Source of the DNA: Candidatus Thorarchaeota archaeon
Lineage (GTDB): Archaea; Asgardarchaeota; Thorarchaeia; Thorarchaeales; Thorarchaeaceae
Length of the DNA stretch: 64,000 nt
Assembly: GCA_013388835.1 (NCBI GenBank)
Contig: JACAEL010000026.1
Coordinates: forward strand, 92,780-156,779
Direction of reading: 5' to 3'
A program made the translations under genes and the position numbers. Positions 1 to 10,300 of this stretch are shown piece after piece (within the stretch, counting starts at the first letter, position 1; the number at the start of each line of letters is the position of its first letter). Under the pieces are notes generated by a model, which worked only from the letters and a program-made list of their open reading frames with translations, made no database searches and was not told the origin of the DNA.

Positions 1-72
1 CAGGAATCAATAAGGAAGACCCGGAGGGCTTGATGACCCCCTCCGGTCAGTCTACACATAGTGGCATCAGTT

Positions 73-606
73 CTAGTCCTTGTTAGACTCAGAAGGTGCT
101 GGCCCGGCAGGCTTTCGTCCCCCAAGTCTGGCGTCTATGTGCAACAGAGCAGGAATCGAGTCCTTTGCCATCTTGATCAGGTCCCGGTTCTCTGTCGCGT
201 TCTTCTCTTCCTCCACTTGTTCGTTGTAGAACCAGCGGAGGAATGACTGTGTGGCCCTGTCGCCCAGCCGCTCGGCAATCTCGCCTATCTTGTATATGCG
301 CTCAGTCACGGTCCTCTCATGGTTGAGTGCGTCCTCGAAGACCTCCAGAGGTGAACCCCATTCTGTTCTTGGTGTCCGAATCTCCTTCAGCAGGGTCCTG
401 CCTCCCCTTTCCGTGACGTGTCGATGGAATCTGATGGCATGGTTGTATTCCTCGTCAGCCTGGACCTCCATCCAGTGTGCCATCCCTCTCAGGTTTCTGC
501 TTTCAAACCAAGTTGCCATCGAGAGGTATATGTAACCACTATACAGCTCAAAGTTGATCTGGTCGTTTATTGCATCGACCAGCTCTTTAGATATCTCCAG
601 ATTCAT
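73..606 (-). CDS. ftn: Ferritin (non-heme, ferritin-like diiron protein). The ORF-track N-terminal extension to 810 is probably not translated.
   Basis: Matches the ferritin consensus over about 170 aa: INFELYSGYIYLSMATWFESRNLRGMAHWMEVQADEEYNHAIRFHRHVTERGG, with ferroxidase-centre E/H spacing. An internal Met (MNLEISKELVDAIN) sits at the normal ferritin N-terminus and gives a typical ~177 aa protein. Stop codon is TAG. Confidence 0.8.
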   Translation of the reverse strand: MNLEISKELVDAINDQINFELYSGYIYLSMATWFESRNLRGMAHWMEVQADEEYNHAIRFHRHVTERGGRTLLKEIRTPRTEWGSPLEVFEDALNHERTVTERIYKIGEIAERLGDRATQSFLRWFYNEQVEEEKNATENRDLIKMAKDSIPALLHIDARLGGRKPAGPAPSESNKD

Positions 607-751
607 TTCCTCCGTTGGGTTTCTTGTGAGAGTTAACCGTAAGAGGTGATTAACTATATTTAAGCGCTTTGGTGTGGCACTGCCGTATGTGCGACGAACC
701 TTTTTGTACACGACTTCACCTAGTCGATGACGCGCACAGAGGTGTTGTCTT

Positions 752-3433
752 GTGGCCGAGCTGAACACACTCACTGTAATTATTGAATTCATTCCGCCTA
801 TCGTAGTCACGTTGGTCTATCTCATCGGACTGAGGCATCAGAGAAATCGCTACATCGAGGCATTTCTGCTTCTGATGTACATCAAGACTGTGACCTTCTT
901 TCTAATGTTGATGGCTCGCGCTGCTCTCGTCGTGAGTGGCTTCAATCCACAAGTCGATTCATCGACACTGGCATCGGTTCTCCTGACCGACTTCGTCTTC
1001 CAGTTCATGTACGCATTGCAAGAGCTACTGACATGGGTGATGGTGTCATTTATTGCAGTGCTGTTTGGTATGTTCGTGCTTGGAGTGAAGATGGCGTTTC
1101 AGGACCCACTGAAGATGCGTTTTGCAAACCTGATTCGTCGGATCACTGGCAAGACCCCCGAGAGTGACGGATTCAGTGGGTTCAGAGATAGGCTTAGTAA
1201 CCTGAGATTCGAAGGCCTTCCTGAACATCCGTTGGACCCGGCAGTGCAGTCACACGTATGGAGAGACTCTTGGAGAGACTACCTCATCATCGGGCTAGCA
1301 ACTCTGCTGCCATCAATACCCGCCTACATCGGCTCCTACCAGGACTACGTTTCAGGTGTCACCACCGCATCAGCTTATGCATCTGGTGTCTTTGTCCTCC
1401 TGACATGGATGTACCGTTTCGGGTATCCGTCGTCCAACCGCTTGGCAAAGGCTGCTGGGCTCAGACTGGGAGACCGAGACGTGGGCGGAGAGATGATGAG
1501 GGGGGTTCTTGGTTGGTTCTTTAGGTTCAACATCCTGCTCACACTGTTCTTCATCGGTCAGGATATCCATAGGGCGGTCTTCGCGCCACAGAGTGCTGAT
1601 GCCCTGAACAAGCTCGTCGATTACTACGTGCTGGGTGTGACTCAGGCCGCTCCGCCCATTCTATTTGCAATCATCGTGCTCCCACTGGCCGAGAAGTTCG
1701 CGGTCATCATGTATAAGAGCCTCTTCGAGTGGCTGTACGGCTTCAAAGCGCGCATGACCCAACTGCATCTGCGAGCAAGGGCGGTCAGTCTGGCGGGCTC
1801 TCTGACTACGGGTGGTGTTGCCACCCTTGGCTTCCTAGGTGCTATCGCGGGTGTGACACTGTTCACTGCATACAGCATCGGAGTCGGCTACGTATTCAGA
1901 CCCGGCTTGATAACAACTGATGTTGAGAAGCTGCTAGAGACCGCTGCCACGAATGCACAGCTGATAGTGCCGTTGAACTTCGTCATGCTAGTGTTTTCGA
2001 TTCCAATGGCCTTCATGATATTCACCGGAGTCGTTGGTCACTATGTGCGAAGCCGAACCGGCGGTAGTGTTGTGTCCTTCGGGGTCGTCGCTGCGGCTCT
2101 AGTCAGCATAATCCCCTACTTTGTGTTTCCGAACCTGGACTACATACTCGGGCCTGCGGTCAACGAAGTCGTATTCGAGGGCACCTCATTCTACAGAGTG
2201 CGGTGGCTTGTGTATGTCGCAACGGAAGATCTCCTCCTATCGAGGTACGCGTTCCAGTTCCTAGTGAATGTGCCGATATGGCTATCCTCTGCGATATTTG
2301 TCATGTACTACCTTGAGTATCGCAAGCGATGGCAGGTCAAGTGCGGAGTGACACTCCGACCGCTGCTAAGCGTCTGCGCCGAGGATGTCCGACATGTCGT
2401 GACGATGTTTGTCGTGGGACTTGCAGTGGCAGCCGCCGGCGTGATATGCCTGTCCTTCCTAGTGGCACCCGTGGTGCTGATCCATCTAATAGAATCGCTC
2501 ATTGCCGAAATAGGCCTGCCCGATGGTCTAGAGGCGGCCCTTGCAATGCCGGGAGTTATGCCACTGCTTCTGATGGAACACAACTTGATCCGGACTCTCT
2601 TGATGCTGGTCATAGGCCCGGTCTTTTGGACACTGATACTCTGGGTTGTTGCGGTGAAGCAGAAGACCCAATCGGAGAGGACTGTTGCACTACTTGGTAT
2701 TGTGATGATAGTCTACTGTGGGATAATCGCCATAGTTCTGACGATGCTATACCCGAACCCCTTCGGACCGCAGCCGTGGGTATCGCCACAAGCGGTCTTG
2801 GGATACCATGCACTGAGAGTGTACAGTGTCCTCTTTGGTGCTTGTCTATTGGTACTGCTGGTCCGGAGAGTTGCTGGTCTAAACAGTGGAGGCTGGTGGT
2901 TCCCACCACTTGCCACTCTCTTCGTGACGGAATACCTTGTCTATGATGACCAGTTCACACTCATAGCTCTGATTGTGCTTCCCTTCGTACTCGCACCTGC
3001 GATGAGAGTGCTTGAGAGGGACAAGACCCATGATGATGAGGACTTCTTACTCACGTACATCCGAGTGAGTCTCATGTCTGTGGCGATTGCGGAGGTGCTG
3101 TCAACAGCTCTCTGGGTGGCCGGCATCGGCACACTCGCATTCATGTATGGTAATGGCCTCTCGTATCTCGCAAGCATACTCCCTCACGGTGTCATCGAGA
3201 TACCTGCATTCCTGTTCGCCGCGGCAGCCTCGCTCACAATAGCAAGGGAGCTGGGTCCATCAGTGACAAGAGAAGAATGGGACGCCATTCCGTCGAAGAC
3301 AAGGTCTCTGTTGACTGATGCCCGACTCTGGAGGACGTTCATCCTGATAGCGTTCTTCCTGTTCATCGGGGCGATGATTGAGGCCTATGTGACTCCTCTG
3401 GTGTCTCAGATGGTGGAGTACGGATTCCTGTGA
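752..3433 (+). CDS. Large polytopic membrane protein (893 aa) whose C-terminal ~200 aa is SpoIIM/DUF95-like.
   Basis: Hydrophobic helices run throughout. The C-terminus carries ...MYGNGLSYLASILPHGVIEIPAFLFAAAASL..., matching the HG-x-x-E-[LI]-P-A signature of the stage II sporulation protein M / DUF95 membrane family. Start is GTG at 752; downstream ATGs are alternative starts. Stop is TGA. Confidence 0.6.
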   Translation: MAELNTLTVIIEFIPPIVVTLVYLIGLRHQRNRYIEAFLLLMYIKTVTFFLMLMARAALVVSGFNPQVDSSTLASVLLTDFVFQFMYALQELLTWVMVSFIAVLFGMFVLGVKMAFQDPLKMRFANLIRRITGKTPESDGFSGFRDRLSNLRFEGLPEHPLDPAVQSHVWRDSWRDYLIIGLATLLPSIPAYIGSYQDYVSGVTTASAYASGVFVLLTWMYRFGYPSSNRLAKAAGLRLGDRDVGGEMMRGVLGWFFRFNILLTLFFIGQDIHRAVFAPQSADALNKLVDYYVLGVTQAAPPILFAIIVLPLAEKFAVIMYKSLFEWLYGFKARMTQLHLRARAVSLAGSLTTGGVATLGFLGAIAGVTLFTAYSIGVGYVFRPGLITTDVEKLLETAATNAQLIVPLNFVMLVFSIPMAFMIFTGVVGHYVRSRTGGSVVSFGVVAAALVSIIPYFVFPNLDYILGPAVNEVVFEGTSFYRVRWLVYVATEDLLLSRYAFQFLVNVPIWLSSAIFVMYYLEYRKRWQVKCGVTLRPLLSVCAEDVRHVVTMFVVGLAVAAAGVICLSFLVAPVVLIHLIESLIAEIGLPDGLEAALAMPGVMPLLLMEHNLIRTLLMLVIGPVFWTLILWVVAVKQKTQSERTVALLGIVMIVYCGIIAIVLTMLYPNPFGPQPWVSPQAVLGYHALRVYSVLFGACLLVLLVRRVAGLNSGGWWFPPLATLFVTEYLVYDDQFTLIALIVLPFVLAPAMRVLERDKTHDDEDFLLTYIRVSLMSVAIAEVLSTALWVAGIGTLAFMYGNGLSYLASILPHGVIEIPAFLFAAAASLTIARELGPSVTREEWDAIPSKTRSLLTDARLWRTFILIAFFLFIGAMIEAYVTPLVSQMVEYGFL

Positions 3434-4372
3434 GTCGTCCGTGCTTCCCATCTGAGGGAAGACTGTCAGTTGTCTAACAGACACAGTTGGATGCAGGAGT
3501 CTTGCCACCGTAAGGAGACCATATTGGAGTAATTCTTCGAGGTCCGCCTTGGTGGTGAGTTGACCTCAGTTTAGGTATCTCTGCACCGGGATAAGCATAC
3601 TCGTGTGCTATCTCCGCGAGTGTCCAGCTTCTGGACGGCTATTGCCAACCCGTTGAGAACCGGATGCTGACCACGATTGCATCTAGGAGATGACATTCGG
3701 TGGCCAATGAATGCCAATGCACACTCTATGATCTGAGAATTGATCCGGTAGTGGTATTCGCGTAAGCCGAGTAGGCTGTATTAGACTCGTTCGAAGTGAT
3801 ATGGCCTGTTACAATGACCGTGACTCGTCCATCTCTGCTTCTAGCTGCAGGTTCATGATTGATGGCATTGCGACAACATCCGGTCTATGAGTGATACAGC
3901 ATGAAGAGGGGCTGTACCGGACGGCAGTATCTGGATCGATTGAGGTGTCGGTGCAGACAATCGAGGCGTCAACAGCGCCTGACAAGACTGAAGGTGATGT
4001 GATAGGTCCGGAACACCAACGACTGCCATGACTCGTCTAGCTGAAACGTCGTGGCGACACCATAAGCGGCATCTGCAGGTGGCTTCAAGAAACACTGCTC
4101 TTGTCCGTGCATGCTGTGATCCTCTCATTCAGATCGAAAGCAAGCGTCATGCTTGCCGGCTTGAAGTCATTTCCATACTGTCCAACCACAACTTCCGCAC
4201 ATGGAATTCACCATGAAGTAAGCTTATAACGTTTCCAACGGATATGACTCTATTGTTAATGGCCATCACCGATGAAGGTTTCGCGCTTGTGGACTGCCAA
4301 CTGTTGTGACACACTCCTTAGCAGTGCGAGACAGTCAGCGACTGATGGGCATCCGCTCAGAGGTGACCCTTC

Positions 4373-7300
4373 TTGAGGTTGAGAACAAGCAGCACTCCTC
4401 TAGTACTCCCATGTCTACTACTCACTCTGCTGATGATTCTGCCAGTCGTCCCGACAATACCGAGCGGGGCTGAATCTCTTGCTCCTGTCACGGTGTTGGG
4501 GCCACCGACTGGACCGAGCATGCGAGCAGATTATCCTTACAACTACACGCATGTTGTCTGGGAACAGGGAACAAGAAGCGAGTCTTACAGCGACTCTTAC
4601 GCGTTCCAGGACTGGCAGTTTGGCCCCGCGATAAGATGGCAGATCAAGAATGCCACCACAGGGGCTTCCATAACAGTCATGGATACGCTAGTGATTGACG
4701 GTTGGTTCGACTTGGAGGTACAGACTCCAAAGGCCTCTCTGCGAGGGCAGCTGCCATACGCAGTCGGTGTCATGGGCACATACTTCAACGTGACAGAGAT
4801 GGCGACTGGGGAATTCTCATCAAATACCATCGCCATGATTGCGGTGTATATTGTGCCCCAGAACCGCTGGGAGTTCTACTCCTCATGGAATGCGACATGG
4901 GCAGAGCCTATCGAGTCCGGTGGTTTCAAGGAGAGTCCTGTCGAGGCGACTGACCTGCCCCCAGACTGGAGCTTTGAGGATGAGTTCGGTCCTGCAGTCA
5001 ACCCCTTCCTTGAGCAGGACAAGACTGCCAGTCAGTACTACATTGGTCCAGATGATGTCTGGACAAGCTTTCGGTTCAAGCTGAACGAAAGCTCACCACG
5101 AGGGGTCTTCAGCTTTGGAGCAATGGCACTAGACAGCAACCTGAATCCACTGGCCGAGAGCATAGCCACAGAAGAGAGCGCAAGGACCGTGGGCATGACG
5201 CTCCACGAGGTCTTGGCCGAAGCCACTGGTGGTTACTACGAGTTGAGCCGCCTTGATGATGACGGCAACACGGTCTACTCGGCGACTCGGGGCGTTGACT
5301 TCAATGTGACACTTCGAATTGGAGGTTTTAACCTCGACAATGCGACTGTCTTCTTCGAGCTGCCGTGGCAGGTCCTCCGAGAGGAGTTGGTCGAAGGTCC
5401 CTACCAAGAGCACATTCAACGAACCGGCGGATGGGTGTTTGACGTGAGCGCGGGCACCTATGTCTGGAACGCGTCTCTGGTGGTCGATACTGTTGAAGTC
5501 CGATATGGCCTTCATTGGGAGACGCATCCGGTGTACATCGATTCGGGAACAACGTACTCTGTCTGGGATGACGACCTCGGGCAATATGTGGATGTCTGGA
5601 CCCCTGGCTATGTCGCTCTGGTTTACTGGTTCGAGAACAACTCCTTCTCGACGATGTACGGATACATGGTTGATGGTTACAAGTGGGTTGTCGAAGGCCT
5701 AGACGCGCACCCTAACCTGCCGCTGTCGTTCATTCTTAACACAACCTCAAGCATACACTACTATGCTGATGGGCACGACTACGTGGTCTTCAGAGGACAC
5801 GTCAGTGAAGACATGTTGCCCACCGGCGGTGCTAGTTGGCAAGCAATGCATATGGATGTCCAAGTCCTGACAGAAGACGACAAGCGACTGATACCCTTCG
5901 CAAGCCTGCCATTTGCAGATGAGAGTGACATCGCAATGGATCAGATGCTGAGGGTACTCGCCGTAGAGAGTCCTGTTTCCGTTGTTGAGTTGACTCGGAA
6001 AGAGGAAGAGTATCGATCCAACTGGTTATTCGCAGTTGACAGAGGTGACACCTTCACAGTGCGCGCGCGACTCCAAGGCGGCGCCGATGTGGCCGGTGAG
6101 ATTGATGGTGTGGCGTTCGTGCTTAGCTCCTATGAGCATGAATGGGGGACTGACGCCTTCGGTGACTGGTCACAAGAAGAGTCCGTGGAGCTGTGGATTC
6201 GTGCTTCACCTGCAGGTCAGTTCGAAGTGAAGACCTACAACACTACGAGGAGGGTGTCCTATGAATATGGCACATACTGGGAGTGGCAGTACATTGAGGT
6301 CTTCGACGGCTTCTGGGACTGGCAACTTGTAGAGATCACCGGATATGGCTGGCATGAGAAGTGGTGGAACTTTACGTCGGGCACTTGGACTGACATACCT
6401 CTGTACAGATTCGCTCCTGAGACCGTGATGCCAGTGACATTTGCTGAGGCTGGGAACCTCACCTACGAGTTGGTTGGCAATGACCTTCGAGTCGCATTTG
6501 ATGTGACTGTTACCCAGTCGATGCCTGAGACCAGTTGGGACTGGCAGTTCTTCTATGGCGACCTTCAGATGGTGATTGACTACGAGTCTGGTTGGGGGTA
6601 CCATGAGCTCTTGGGTTGGAAGTACGACTTGGTATACAGCTACCAGGATGGCCCGGATCGCCTATATGCAGAACGGCCGTATCGCGGGCATACAATGCGG
6701 AACAATGACACAGACGAGCTTTACCATGCAGACTGGAGTGCCTACATATCCATCGGTGGCACGAATCACACTGTGAGAAAGTTCGTGGAGCAGTATCCGG
6801 ATGGTCTTGTCTATGAGCGTTTCATCTACGAGGAGTGGGACCCCACTGCGTACGACCCGTGGACTGGAGGTTATACAGGCAATTGGGTGCGGTACTACGT
6901 ATTGGATAACGGTACACGCATAGACGTTCTTGAAGGACACGAGTCCGAGATATACAATATCACCGTGCAGTCCGGAGAGTGGTTCCTAGCGCTTCACGAC
7001 GCACCTTGGGGGGTGCCCTATATGCCGGGTCTACAGAGGCTGATGCTGGCGAACGGAACGGTGCTGATAGAACCTGACGCCTATTGGGCAGGCTTCGGAG
7101 CTACCCCACTTGGCACTGTCCCCGTTGCGAAGATTGGACGTTACTCGCTGCTGAATGCTTCCATCTCCGTCTACTGGGCTGTGGACCCCGTTTGGATGGG
7201 TGACCACTATACATTCTATGTCAATGGTACCAATGCGCCGGTAGATGTGTGGTACGGTTATGCGCCCGATATCGATTTCGAGGGCTACTTCTACTTCAAC

Positions 7301-10300
7301 TCCACTGACGGCAGTACGTACTGGTTCCTCGACGGACTCTGGCCAGTCGACATCTATAGAGGAGAGCATGGAGGCAAGGCGGTCATCGCACCTGAAGCAC
7401 TTGCCTACTACTTTGCATATACTGACATCAGGGGAGTGAAGGATGAGCTACCGTATCCCGGTGCTGTGCTCTATGGGCCCGAAGACCTAGAGTATGTGAC
7501 CCCGGTGGCGCTCCAAGTACACATCAATGGTCACTACCGTCCAACATGGCAAGCGGGCAGTTACCACTACTTCAATGCGACAGAGGGTCTTGACTACTGG
7601 TATCAGTTCTATCATGCAGACGTCGAGGGTGTCATCTATAACCTCACGCTCTTTGGACTGAACCCGAACAGTCCGTGGAGTCCGACCTACGAATGGGACT
7701 TCCCATGGGTGACCACGGGCAATGGGACCCAACACTTCCCGTCCCTCGACTTTGCCGGATGGAGACTGGCTTACGGGCATCGTGATGCCCAGACCTACGA
7801 GTTTGTCATTGATGGCTTCCTTGAGTTGACGAGCGGCTACTACGATGACACGTACAGTGCTGACTTTCTGGTCTACAATGGCTCCTCAGGTCACTACGAG
7901 GCCAGGACAAGGGATGGGTGGGTGTTGGCCCTCAATGATACCACAGGCGAACTCACAAGCGTGCGAGGGTACTTCTACAATCTAACCTTCACGAACGGCA
8001 CCAGTGTGTACACATCGTATCCATACGTGAACGCGTATGAGGTCTATGACCCCGTCAGAGGCATGTATGACCTGGAGTGGTTATACACATGGGACCTCGA
8101 TGGAGACGTCGTCAGTTGGAGTCTCGAAGACACCTACACCACTCGCATCGTGCAAGTCACCATCATTGACATTGGTTCTGTCTACTACTTCGAAGTCGAA
8201 GGAGTACTCAGAGAGTGCCAGTCATACATGTTGGTAAGTCGGTGGGACTTCTCAGGCCAGTCTTGGATTGAGTTCAACATCCCAAGTCCGAATCTCGAGT
8301 ACCCAACACTGTTGTATGACGTTACCAATTCCAGCGTCGTGTATGAGGTGATGCCCATGTATGCCAACGAGATGACGGAAGTCAACTACACGTATCACAT
8401 TCCGGTCTTTCATGCGGGCCCAACCAACTTCACTGGCAATTGGGAGATGATCCACAGACTGTTCACTTTCTGGGGATACGGAATGAAGATGGACTATGTT
8501 CCTCTGCCAGTGACGGTCATTCGCAGTCAGTGGACGATAGTTGTCGGCGTCCCCAAGTTCGGTCTCTGGGGTATCCAGTCTTGGGCAATAGACTTGTCCA
8601 CTGGAGCGCTTGACCTTGACGGAGACCTCGGCACGACTGATGACCAGTACTATGTGCTCCACTCTTACGAGAGCACGGACACATACAGGGTGGATGAAGA
8701 GTACCTCCGAGTGCACATCAAGTGGGAGCCCAACTCCACTGTGTCTGGCGACGAGGTCTATGTGGACTCATACACAGGCCTCCGAACGGTCAATTGGAGC
8801 TACGACTGGGCAGACAACTTCTACTGGCGGAGAGCAGACACTGGAGAGCCACTCACTCCTGCAGAGTGGACGCAGGTCACTGACACAATCTATGACAGCC
8901 AAGGTATGCCAAGACCCGGCTACTGGGACATTGCTTTTCTCAGCAGGAACTTCACTTCCGATGACCTCAGGCAGCAGGCCGCTGAGGAGGGTTGGGACTG
9001 GGCCGCCAGTGAGTCGCAGGAGTGGAGCTGGATCTGGTGGGAGCTCTCTGAACACTACGTGACGGAGCTGCCAAATGCGACAGCTGTGTCTGTGACCGTC
9101 TCATATCAGTACGCGGGAGCGTTTGCGTGGAATGACACCAACCGCAACAACTACACAGACATAGACCCGATGAACATTGAGAGTTCAGAGGTCACACACT
9201 ACTGGCTTCCTGTGAGCGTGGACGATGTGTCATTTATCACCCCGAACGGTTCTCTGTCCGGTGACATTATGTGGTCGCTCGACGCCGCCGTGCCCTTTGG
9301 GGTCACATTCACCAATGTGACTGGTGCTGCGTTTCCCTTCGGAGACCGCTCTTACTGGGACTGGTACGCGCAGCAGCAGACTGGCAGCAACTTCGCAACA
9401 TTTGATGAGCGGCCGACACTGACTGAAGTCAGCAGTTTCGGCATCGGGGTGTCATTCACAGGCGAGGTGAGCGAACCGGACAACACGGCGTCTGTGAAGT
9501 TCAACATGACTGTTGGTGACTGGATGGTCGACGCACCCGGTGGGCGCAGCCTCCTGACCAACAGGTCTCTCGGACTGGCATTCTTCACCGACGTCGAGCT
9601 CTATTCGGAGACCGGTGAACCAATCCTGCCTCAGTACACAGACGACCTCGGCAATCCGTTGTTCAACAACGAGACCGTCGCGTCTGAGAACTTCACACTA
9701 TCGACCGGGTTGTCCAGCTACGGCTCGATGAACATGGGTGACTCACCCTATGTCTGGTCCAAGAACAGAAGTGCGACCTACACGCGGGTGAACTCCCAGA
9801 CTGTTCCGCTCAGTGTATTCGAGGCTGCCTACATATCGGACAGCGGTATCACTGCGACCTCTTTTGACATCTCATCCAGTCAGTTCTACACCCTTGTCAA
9901 CTTCAAGTGGTGGGACGGCTATGCAGTGTCTGTTGATCCGGTCTTCATCAGCTATGTCTCGGGACAAGGCGTCACAGACAATACAGCTCCGTCGATAAGC
10001 AACGTCGAGACAGAGGTGCTCTTCGTCAATGGAAAGGAGCGGCTCTACTACACTGTGACTGTGACCGACACAGGTGGATCGGGTCTGGCAAGCGTTCGCA
10101 TTGTGAATCTGGATGACCTTGGCAGCAATGTCTCGCTGACGTATCGCGGAGACATTCAGGCATGGGTCGGATATGTGGAGATGCAGGGGACCACTCCATA
10201 CACCTTCAACTCCACGATTGCTGCAGTTGACTATGCCAGCAACGAAGCAACCAGCGATGAGATTCACCACACGTTCTACAACGACCCCACACCACCCGAG

